From Trichoplax sp. H2 (Eukaryota): DNA of 20,000 bases. The position numbers and the translations under genes are program-made. Numbering within the stretch: the first letter of the stretch is position 1; the number at the start of each line of letters is the position of its first letter. The notes under the pieces are model-generated. The model did not search any database. It had not been told where the DNA came from and worked only from the letters and a program-made list of their open reading frames with translations. This document shows positions 10,001 through 19,262 of this stretch, piece after piece. The stretch is taken from contig NOWV01000191.1 of NCBI GenBank assembly GCA_003344405.1, forward strand, positions 123,562 to 143,561, read 5' to 3'.

Positions 10001-12300
10001 TGATCAAGGCTCTGAAATAACTCAAACTAACGCTTCATCGCTGCCCTTTATCTTAGTTGGTAGGTTAATTTATGTATTACTAGTCCATTATACAGTAACC
10101 TGATAATAAATTTCTTTTCATTAATAGGATATGATCAGTTTACAGCCGTCAACTTTACTGGTACTCTGTATGTCAATACTCAAGAATCGCGTAATTACAT
10201 CGGTTTTGTGTTTGGATACCAAAACAATCGTCAATTTTATGTCGTTATGTGGCGCCATAAAAATATTAACTATCAAGGCGGCTCAACTCCACCTGAAGCT
10301 GGTATTAAAGGAATTCAAATTAAGGTAATTACGATACAGTAAAAGGCAGCACTTTCCTGTATGTTTTTCTTTACATTTTTTAAGGTTATGGGTACTATTA
10401 GGTATTTTTGGACACAAAAAGATTATATGAAGAAATAAGTGTCTGTCATATGCATCTCATTTTTCTCTCTTTTTTATCTAGCGAGTTAATTCTACTACTG
10501 GTCCACACAATACTCTTGCACAGGCATTGTTTGACACATACACTACTGCAAATCAAGTAAGCATAACTATAGCCTTCTGCCAGCTATAAGATCATCTATA
10601 GGGATATTCATGGTATTACTTCGCGCATTTCATATATGATTAATCGCCTTTGATTACCTGTAGGTTAAGTTATTGTGGCAAGATCCAGCCATGAGAGGTT
10701 GGGAACACGAAGTAGCATACTCCTTCCATCTGGTCCACCGACCATCTCTGGGGCTAATTCGGTAATAACATTACATACGTGTAAAACTATAATATTTTCA
10801 ACATAATTTTAAAGTGATCTTCCTAAGTTTTTAAATTATGAATGTAATTGTAGGGTCTGGATATACCATGGTGCAACTCTATTAACGGACTCAGGAAATG
10901 TTTTTGATACCTCATACTCGGGTGGCCGATTGGGAGCGTTTGTTTACAATCAACCTGGAGTTATTTGGTCGCGATTATCGTATAAATGTATAGACCGGTG
11001 AGTAAATGCTAGTTTATGACTATGTTTACTATATAAATATTCTAAAATACAACCACGTTAAAATGAAATGTAATTTCTGTTTACTAGCATGAATCAAGCG
11101 TTGTCTCTTGATGGCGCTTCCGCTGTCCGATTGCCTTCTTTTCAATCCATGTCATTGCTGAAGAGGTTGGTATCTAAAATACTTAAATTACTGCAGCATA
11201 TCTGGTAGAGTTTTTAATAAGAAGACACCTTTCATTTTGCTAGTTTCACTATGGGTGCCTGGGTTCATTTGCCTTCAGGATATACTACGGACAAGGAGCC
11301 AATCCTTTGTACTTTAAACAGTACTGCCTGTCTATACATTTCTAATAGGTAATGATCCTTGAATAATTACGTTTGTTAAAAAGTGTCGCTATCATAGTCT
11401 ACGGAGTATCTCCAATTACTGAGCTACTATTACGCTAAACTTAGGCGCCTTACTGGCCAATATGGCGATAAGACCGCTGTATCATCGACGGATCTACCGG
11501 GTGGTGTTTGGAATCACGTAACTTTTAGATATGATGCTTCCAATCAACAGATAGATATCTTTGAAAATGGAACTGTAGTAGCTACAACCACTGGTGTACC
11601 AATTTATGAATTTGTGAGTTACATTGAATTGCAAGAGTAGGCATTTAGCTCATTAATTATAATGGAACGATAGTTAACTAATTCTCTATCCTTGGCTATA
11701 GTACAACGAAACTTTCCTATATATTGGTAGGGACCAATCTAATTTTATAACCGGAACATTAGATGAAGTATGTCAAAAATATATGAATTTTACTGATATT
11801 CCCGTAACATTTTTAGGATATGACTCTTCTCGCTCTGATCGTGTTGTTAACATACATAATTATCTGTGCAATAGGTTCGTATCTGGAGTATAAAATTGAT
11901 AGGGTCACCATCCATAATTGATTATTGGAAATACCCTGGTTTAACACGAGAACTGCATAAGAAAATTATTCATGCTCATTACGACATGGATCTTACTGCA
12001 GAACATTTACTGGTCGATAAGGACATTTATGCGTTCCATGGTCAATTTGAAGGTGGTCCACAAATAGTTTATGTGAGTACTATCAATCCGTAACATTGTA
12101 CGACTGTAACATTAGTGATATCGCTTTACGTAATTTGGCTAAATTTATCCATATTATCCGATTGCACCTAGGTAATTAAAATATTTGGTTTATTTTTTTA
12201 GAGTTCATTAGAAGAAGGTCGATTCCAAGCGACATATCCGAACAACCGCCGTCGTCGCCGAAGCGTCCAAGATAGTACTGATGTTCACATAGAATTGTAA
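75..12300 (+). CDS. Mega-thrombospondin-like giant ECM glycoprotein, 5'-partial, 48 exons in window (~2,220 aa)
   Basis: Hand-spliced exons with consistent phases: 75-140, 301-372, 461-532, 703-774, 950-1036, 1156-1227, 1344-1415, 1558-1626, 1719-1787, 1909-1980, 2085-2153, 2224-2295, 2375-2452, 2567-2635, 2847-2918, 3008-3079, 3226-3297, 3410-3478, 3645-3716, 3839-4026, 4144-4322, 4450-4576, 4710-4782, 4875-5192, 5314-5590, 5738-5918, 6019-6371, 6467-6636, 6722-6936, 7060-7289, 7408-7608, 7725-7943, 8087-8302, 8454-8603, 8698-8910, 9016-9294, 9478-9631, 9736-10059, 10128-10324, 10482-10556, 10664-10761, 10854-10997, 11088-11165, 11244-11348, 11445-11613, 11702-11767, 11875-12072, 12202-12300 (TAA). 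They give one open frame. N-terminal LRRs, central cadherin repeats and EGF/type-3/L-lectin match the described mega-TSP branch of the thrombospondin superfamily. Confidence 0.88.
4144..4576 (+). other. Fibronectin type III-like domain (2 exons)
   Basis: [22 protein letters not shown]...WQYHANC...[13 protein letters not shown]...[11 protein letters not shown] shows the FN3 P-x-N-L / W / Y / T-x-Y / S pattern. Confidence 0.75.
4710..5830 (+). other. PA14-superfamily, fibro-slime/Psi-like domain (4 exons)
   Basis: Motifs in the expected order: [74 protein letters not shown]...STHFFFES. They resemble the RDF..HPDF / F.PID..GF / F.GDDDVWVFING / G.TY..D.F..ERH motifs of Dictyostelium Psi and bacterial fibro-slime proteins (recalled, not searched). 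Confidence 0.75.
5850..6830 (+). other. Two cadherin-like repeats
   Basis: Ca-binding motifs [41 protein letters not shown] and VDKGTP. Confidence 0.85.
7060..7800 (+). other. Cys-rich ephrin-receptor-like (GCC2/GCC3, TNFR-like) repeats
   Basis: [50 protein letters not shown] and [10 protein letters not shown]. Confidence 0.8.
7800..8735 (+). other. Four thrombospondin-type EGF domains
   Basis: PCFPEVEC...[21 protein letters not shown], ...[21 protein letters not shown] (similar to the TSP3/4/COMP GVG..FA..NKQVC insert) and ...[15 protein letters not shown]. Confidence 0.9.
8736..9910 (+). other. Thrombospondin type-3 Ca-binding repeats
   Basis: Repeated DNCP..PN..Q.D.D.DG.GDACD units, e.g. 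[26 protein letters not shown]. Confidence 0.96.
9910..10997 (+). other. Thrombospondin C-terminal L-lectin domain
   Basis: [18 protein letters not shown]...YIGFVFGYQ...[22 protein letters not shown]...[37 protein letters not shown]. Confidence 0.95.
11088..12072 (+). other. LamG/pentraxin-like (ConA-fold) domain following TSP-C
   Basis: ALSLDG...SFTMGAWV...WNHVTFRYD...IFENG...LYIGRD...GTLDEVRIWS...HYDMD. Confidence 0.88.
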
Positions 12301-13457
12301 TCGCATATTACTACGTCAATTTTATTCACTCTATTGGCATAACGTAGCAAGTTGTGCCCCCTTTGAAATACATTTTGCTTAGTATCATTTTAGTTGTAAA
12401 TGTATATTCTGACTAATGGTCCAATAATGCATTACGTTATTGTTCTGAGACTATTTTGCAGTAAAGTAGCAAACTATACTAGACGAATATGGTACTTTTA
12501 AGCACTATATGATAGCTCAGAAAGAAAATTTAGTCTTTCAATGTGTAACTGTTGATGTATTATTGGATTCCATATCCATTTTTTTCTTATATAAATATTT
12601 AACTACCTTCAATGAATTAATAGCCTTGTAATGTCTAGATGGTATCTGACGAAAAAGACAAATCATTTGTCTTGAAGAATTTTAAAAAGCATTTGCCAGA
12701 ACTCAAATTTACATATAGTTTCATTACCGTCATTCGATCCATGTTTACAGTAATGCACTATAAACGTGATAATTTTTTTAATTTTGTAACTTTTGATAAA
12801 AAAATACCCAGCTCAAAATATTCTGTAGCTCAGTTGTCATATTACGTGTCTATTTTTAAATGTTATTAAGAATCATATCTTTTATATCTTTATCTTTTTT
12901 TTATCTATCGGATAAGAGATTGCGTCTTTATCGATTTAATTACACCCTTATCGGTTGTTAAAGTTTTAGTTGAACTACGAATTCGGTATCCAATACTTAT
13001 TTAAGAAACCGAACTCAGTTCAGTTGCTAACACTATTGATTATAACAATTGTTTAAAATTGAATCTGTATGTAAAAATTATCAAGAGAGTAAATGTTAAA
13101 TAAATACTATACTTCTAAAATAGAACAAAAATAATATGAGATGTAAAAAATTTGAGACCCAGCCTATGTTAAAATTTGGCGGATCGAGATAACAGTTAAC
13201 CAAGATAGCGTCGTTACAAGGTAGTAAAATGACAATTTTATCTATAGTTACCAATACATTCTTGCAAATACTGTATATACTGTACTTTATATATACAATG
13301 GTTGGATACAATGGAAGGTCGTATAATATTTGTTTAAAATGTAGTCAAGTAACGGTGAAGTATACTAATACGAGCATCTTTCTTGTAATTTACAAATTTC
13401 GGTAACCCAACATCCGCTATTTTAAAGTTAGTTTTGTGTGTCTATGGAAGTCACAAA

Positions 13458-16400
13458 TTAAATTTCTTCCATCAGATCTTCAGCTCCCGGTAGAGCTGAA
13501 CTGTTTCTTTTGAGACGTCCTTGTGATGAATTTGACCTATTAAATTGAAGTGCGGTAGTTATACGAAGACATACAGTCATTGAAAAACTATTTGATTACT
13601 TTAATTTTCATGAGATATCGTACTAAACTCATACCCCGTGCTATTATTTCTAGATAATTGACTGGAATTTTTACGTAGAGAACGGGTTTTAGGTAAAGCT
13701 GGAAGATCGTCAGCATCCGACTTTATTGCTGCTCCTCGGCGCTTTCTCCTATTTATAAAGAACATCAAGTCAACAACAATATCCCACTTATTTGCAATTC
13801 TACACTAAGCTTACAAAAATCTGAATCACATTGACTGAAACCACTTTATTAATACCTCTTAGCTGTAGGTGCGACACAAATATTACTAACAGTATCTTCA
13901 AGCATTAAACTTGAACTCGGTAAGCTATTTTCATTTTCAGTGGAGGTCGAGCTAGTACCAGGTCCACTATGACTTGTACCCGGCAATAATAAATCGTCTT
14001 CTTCTTCCTCTTTCTCGACTTTACATAGTAACAGAGTAAGCAACGTTTACATATAGTGTTTTATTCCTTATGTTTATTTACTATAGCGAAATTTATACCT
14101 TTAATTTTCTCCTCCATCTTGACACTGGTAGGAAACGTGGGCATATTCCTAACTAAAAAAAGGAACAGCCCATGTACCAGTCAAGATAAAAAAACACCAC
14201 AATAGTTGTCAACAATACTGCCAAGAATTCTTTTAATGCCACAGCATTAATTGTATGCAGTAGCAAATTAATTACCTTGATTTGTAAGTGTCCTAATTTT
14301 ATTCTTCTTGCTATTGAGTACTCGAATGAACTATACAATTTACATGATACCGATATTAGTATTATTTATTTGCAAAGGGATTTTTCATTAATCAATACCA
14401 TGTAGTAGCAAATACAATATAAAGTATTCTAGCTGAAGTCAACTTTCTGATATCTTGGCTTTATCACTTACTTTGCCATACATGTCCACTTCTAAGTTCT
14501 CTTTTGTAACTACAAATTCCTCGAGATTCTAATTTTGTATACATTATATATTCAATTTAATGAGTCACTTAGCATTAAAAATATGGGTATTTCTACGTTG
14601 TCCTAACTTACCTTGAGAGATTCAGCTCTCTCGCTAGATAGACGTTCATTTGTAGAATTAAGCGATGCAATATTCATCTAAAAGTGATATTAATGGCAAC
14701 TGGAGTAAGGATACGCAATCAATATACACTTTATTTCTAAAATATCGAGTATAATTAGCTACATGGCAAATGGACCGTTACAAAAAAAGTTACAAAGTAA
14801 ATTACTTTTAAGTTCGAAATTTGGCTCAAGCTGAAATCAAATAATTCGCTTATAATTGCTTTCGGGTCAGTGACTGCGGCCATTTTTAATTTACCAAGCT
14901 GAAACTAAAGGAAGTGACAGCAAGGATATTAATCACTTTCATCGATTTGAATTTCCTTTCATCAGAATTGTTAAGACCAATAGGATTGGAAACAAATGTG
15001 AAAGTTGCATCATTTTGTCAATATACTTTATGATGTCTAATTCATCTAGTGCACATTACCCAGCTTTAGTATTAGCTTTAATATTAGAATATCATAAAGC
15101 TTACTTTCATATCTTCGCTTCTTAGGTACTTCTTCCAAGCAAACTATGCCAAGAGAAAGATTATTGTTATTAGTCAATTAATGCCTAATCTTTGAATAAA
15201 ATCTAAATGTAGCTATGCAACCGTTCGAGTAATTCAATATCAAGTTATGCATGATGACGATGCAATTTCAATTTACAACAGTTTTAGGGATGATCATTTG
15301 TAGAGTCTGTCATCACTTTTAATCATGTCTTCAATTTTAATAGCAACCTCGACAGTGTTATGGTCCGGCAGCAAGGAGACGCCGAAGTGAAAATTAGAAT
15401 TGGCGGAAGAATTTGCTGTAAATGCTTTCTTTGTCTGTTTTAAATATTCATGCAAGTCCATTTGAACACTTCTAGCCAATCGGTTAGCAACACCATCGGT
15501 AACTGTAAGAGACATCAAGAAAGAATAAGCAAGTGTAGAGCATAGCGGCGTGAAATTGATCAGCCGAATTACGTACGGTAGCGGAGAGGTAAGCAATCAT
15601 CCTAGTCAAGTATGAATAGCTAGTAGAACTATTTGCATGGAAAGTCTTCTCTAAATTAGTTAAGGTACAGTACAGTATGTATACGAGCTTATCTAATATA
15701 TTATTTCCTAATACAATATCATTTATATTGGCATGGAAAATCCTATATAAACTAGGTAAGATATACTGCATACGTATGAGCTGATATTGATTATTTTATC
15801 TCATAATACGACACTATTATTATTACTATTTTTGACCATCTAGTTGGTTTGTTCGACTAATGTCAATGCAATGGATATCATTCAGATCCTCTTCTAGCCC
15901 ATTATAGGATGTAATCAAGACAGTAGACACACGATGTAATTTGCGTCAATGAATTCTAATATAACTCATAGTCAACTACTCGTAGAACCAACTGGTTGCG
16001 CCATGACGACTCTGTTGCCGTCCAATCCGTGTGATGTTTCCAATCGATATTAATCCATGGGATTGTGTTGTAGTGCAGCATAGAATGCTGTCAAGAAAGT
16101 ATACAGCATATAATTTGCTTGAATCATTTCAAATACAACTTATAGACTTAAAAGAGGAGTACTTATTCTAGTAGTGTGCAACAAATGGCCTGTTATCCCT
16201 AACTGGCTGCACAATGACAACTCTATCTATAGCCGTCCAATCCGTATAATGATTCCAATCGATGCTAATCAATCGGATCAAGTTGTAGTGCGGCATAGGA
16301 TGCTGCCAAGAAAGTACACACCATGTCATTTGCTTGAATCATTTGAAATGCAACCGACAGAATTGTAAGAGGAGTACTCATTCTAAGCGTGTGCAACTGA

Positions 16401-16738
16401 TGAACTGCTATCACGAACTGGCTGTATACGACTCCGAAGCCGTCCAATCCGTGAGATGCTGATACTACAATCCAATTCTCCAAGCTAAAGCAAAGCCCAT
16501 ACCATTCCTATCATAATCTCTATCCATATAGCAGAAAGGCTACGTCGTATATCAGCGATTACAACTAATTGGATCGCATGACTTGAGCTAGTTAGTGCTT
16601 ACCTACAGTATGCCAAGCACTTTGGCCATCGGTTAAGAAGAGCTTACACAATTGATCGACATCGTCATTCTCCCATGAAGTCATCAAGTAATACTTCTGA
16701 CCAGCAGCTTCAATACGACAAAGATATTTCTCCTCCAT
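13458..16738 (-). CDS. XRCC4: DNA repair protein XRCC4 (NHEJ, ligase IV partner), complete, 11 exons, 338 aa
   Basis: Exons (high-low): 16738-16603, 15502-15348, 15143-15105, 14904-14806, 14677-14612, 14528-14472, 14330-14276, 14152-14099, 14018-13856, 13748-13635, 13536-13458. All introns are GT-AG with consistent phases. Translation MEEKYLCRI...SWE...LFLTDGQSAWHTV...EYLKQTKKA...WKK...FQLG...NERL...KENLEVDMYGKFIRVLNSKKNKIRTL...APTAKRRKRR...EDLMEEI* parallels human XRCC4 ([45 protein letters not shown]). Confidence 0.93.
15990..16460. repeat. Degenerate tandem repeat, ~210-bp unit, ~2.2 copies, in XRCC4 intron 1
   Basis: Anchor GCCGTCCAATCCGT at ~16017, ~16232 and ~16439. Other shared blocks are GTTGTAGTGC, CAAGAAAGTA, ATTTGCTTGAATCATTT, AAGAGGAGTACT and AACTGGCTG. 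Confidence 0.9.
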
Positions 16739-17620
16739 GATAGTAGTCCTCTTGTCAATTCTTCCTTTTAAACTACCGATCGTCTTTTCCTTTTACTTCT
16801 AGCAGCTAGAGTAGTCCAGATGAGATTGAAATATTGCGTGCAGGATAAGGCAGCAGCGGCGTAGGATTAACGACACAATCGGTCCGGTACTAGTACCTTG
16901 TTCCCTTGGACTATCTACTGTATCAAATAAAGGCAGTGATACCATACTGTAGCAGTCATGATGCTAGTGAGTCTGGATTGTGACTCACAACACCTAGGGG
17001 GGGTTGGGGGGTGTGTCAGAACATGTTTTCATCGTTGATTCTGGTCTATCATGAAAGATCCTCTTGGCCGAGTATTGATCGTAGTAAGCATTGATGAGGT
17101 TAACATACAGTAAAATAGAGCTATTTTAGCCCTATTTGTAAAGTTATTTTGTGATTTAAAGGTTATTGGGTAGGGCTGTGGCCGACTTTAGTACTGATAG
17201 TACTAATACTGATACATCTATCCAATCTATAGCCTACTGTATGATTTAGGTTCCAATTTGGGCGGACCCGCTGTGAATCTCTTCAAACCTTCCATATCCG
17301 TCCGTCTGTTATGGATAGACTCCAGTACGAATAAAGTATTGCTAGGCAATACTCATAGTAAAGCAGTATTAATTCAGTCGTAGAATGGACATAGTATAGT
17401 CGATGGTCGACAAACGTTCCTAGGTTACGGTGGTGAAGGAGCAAAGCAATTTGCTGCTAGGCTAGTAGGAAAGAAGAATTTTGTCATCAAGTTGAAATTA
17501 GCTTGGCATCCAACGTTTTTAATCGCTTGCAACCCTTGCAATTGTCCCCTAATAGACTACTGTAGCTGCCAGTCGTTCTCAAGACGATAGCAACCCACTT
17601 ACACTAGTACTATTACTTTA
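16739..17620. promoter_or_regulatory. Probable shared/bidirectional promoter region between divergent XRCC4 and PDCD4-like genes
   Basis: XRCC4 ATG at 16738 (-) and the PDCD4-like leader exon donor at 17628/17629 (+) are under 1 kb apart. The region is less AT-rich than the introns. Transcription start sites cannot be determined from sequence. Confidence 0.5.
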
Positions 17621-17797
17621 TGAACAAGGTGAGAGCAGTCATTTTACAGTCTGGTGCTCATCGACACGTTGTTGCACACTTGCACATATTTTATAGCAGC
17701 AAAATCATTTTACTAGGCAGACTAAAAGCGTGTTGCAATTGGTAACATTCATTCAAGCTCAAAATTGATTGATTATTAAGCTTCGATCAAGCACATC

Positions 17798-17993
17798 ATG
17801 TCTTCACCGGATAAAAATCAAGGTAAAAATGCCAATCGAAACTTGGTCGATAGTGACCAACTCAATCCGATGAAAGAAGATCGATCGAAACAAAAAGTGG
17901 ATAAAAATACCAAGATGGCTACTGAAGACAGTAAAAATAAGGCTATGGACAGGCATTCGCGTATGGGTAAAGGGCGTGGAGAGCCGAAGAAAG
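17798..17993 (+). CDS. PDCD4: Programmed cell death protein 4-like translation repressor, N-terminal coding exon (3'-partial)
   Basis: MSSPDK...DRHSRMGKGRGEPKKG is followed by the donor AAAG|GTCAGT at 17993/17994. It matches the conserved PDCD4 basic motif DRRSRSGKGRGLPKKGGAGGKG. I found no downstream exon (expected GAGGKG..WG) before 20000. Confidence 0.75.
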
Positions 17994-18479
17994 GTCAGTT
18001 ATTACCTATATCCATGATGATAGATAATGAGCAATGATATTGTTGTTAAAATAGAGGATGGATAACATTGCAATCGTCTTCCTATCTGTAAAGCCAGAAT
18101 CTACATCTCTATACGGTAGAAATAGATGCCTAACTAGCATACAATGTAGCATCTTGACGATCGGTTGTTTTAATCTTGGTCTACAACTATTTCGAATAGA
18201 CCTACTCAAATCATTTTCCATCGATCAATGACCACAACTGCCTTAATCCATCCAAAATGGCAGAGACATACTTCAACTCGTAAGGAAATGATCTCTAGAC
18301 TGCTTAACGGCCATACTTTATCTTCTATCTACCTAATAATAACAGTATAAAATCGACGGCTATTACAGTCTATGCCACAGCACAACCATCGCGAATTTGT
18401 CCCAGAAAGAGACTGTTTCAAATAGATTCTTAATTCATCCAAATCCCTATCCAATATTGCAAAGAAAATGATCAATGCG

Positions 18480-19262
18480 TCTCAATCACAGTTGTTCATT
18501 ACATCGAATCAATAATACTAATCGAGCGATTTCGCTCGTTCCTGTATGCCATAACAACAGTGTTATTGGCACAAGCACTGCCAGTAAGAAAGGCCAGAAC
18601 AAAAAATCAATGGCGTTCCTACGCTAGGAATGGAAAGCTCATTCCCTTTAAAAGAGGCTCCGACTTAATTAGTGATGATTGTGATTACACCCCAATAATT
18701 GACTGTAGTTGTCCATTACACCTAATCGACAATACTAAGCTAACGATATCGCTAGTTCTGACAACAGCACAGCCAGTAAGAAAGGCTAAGAACAAAAAAA
18801 TCAACGGTATTCCTGTGTTAGGAAAGGAAAGCTCATTCCCTATAAAAGGCTCCAACTTGAATGGTGATGGTTGTAAATACATCCCAATAATTGACTGTAG
18901 TTGTCCATTACACCTAATCAACCATTACTATGCTAACGATATCGCTAGTTCCCCATAGGCCATGACAACAGCATTATGGACAAGAGCCAGGCCAGTAAGA
19001 AAGACCAAAAACAAAAAAAAATCAACGGTATACCTGTGGTAGGAAAGGAAAGCTCATTCCCTATAAAAGAGGCTCCAACTTGAATGGTGATGGTTGTTAA
19101 TACATCCCAATAATTATATATAATTGACTGTAGTTGTCCATTACACTTAATCAACAATACTAAGCTAACGATATCGCTAGTTCCCCCTAGGCCATGACAA
19201 CATCATTATTGACACGAGCAAAGTCGGTAAGAAAGGCCAAAAAAACAAAAAAAATCAACGGT
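18480..19262. repeat. Tandem repeat, ~190-230-bp unit, ~3.5 copies, in the PDCD4-like intron
   Basis: Anchor CCAGTAAGAAAG at 18581, 18773 and 18992, with a variant at 19224. Shared blocks are GGAAAGCTCATTCCC, ATTGACTGTAGTTGTCCATTACAC and GCTAACGATATCGCTAGTTC. Confidence 0.93.

Noticed and set aside
10131-10328. 65-aa + [11 protein letters not shown]...
   Set aside because: Wrong frame. The real exon 10128-10324 reads [18 protein letters not shown] (TSP-C).
12639-13311. ORFs 12639-12869 (+) and 13096-13311 (-)
   Set aside because: AT-rich sequence between the convergent 3' ends, with low-information composition and no splice or homology support.
17940-17993. SERBP1/HABP4 assignment for the DRHS-containing exon
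   Set aside because: GKGRGxPKKG directly after DRHSR fits PDCD4 better than the DRHSG motif of SERBP1/HABP4. The MA3 domains lie outside the window, so the PDCD4 call remains provisional.
18671-18761. Possible box C/D snoRNA (GTGATGA...CTGA) in the PDCD4 intron
   Set aside because: Box C is TGATGG in the other copies, the CTGA arises at a deletion junction in one copy only, and there is no terminal stem.
18560-19157. ORFs of 132, 78 and 70 aa with internal repeats (IIDCSCPLHLI)
   Set aside because: Translation of the tandem DNA repeat. Frames are not maintained between copies because of indels.
15990-19262. CRISPR-like or transposon interpretation of the repeat arrays
   Set aside because: Units are ~200 bp and homologous along their whole length with no unique spacers. 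The context is eukaryotic and intronic, and no transposase, TIR or TSD is evident.
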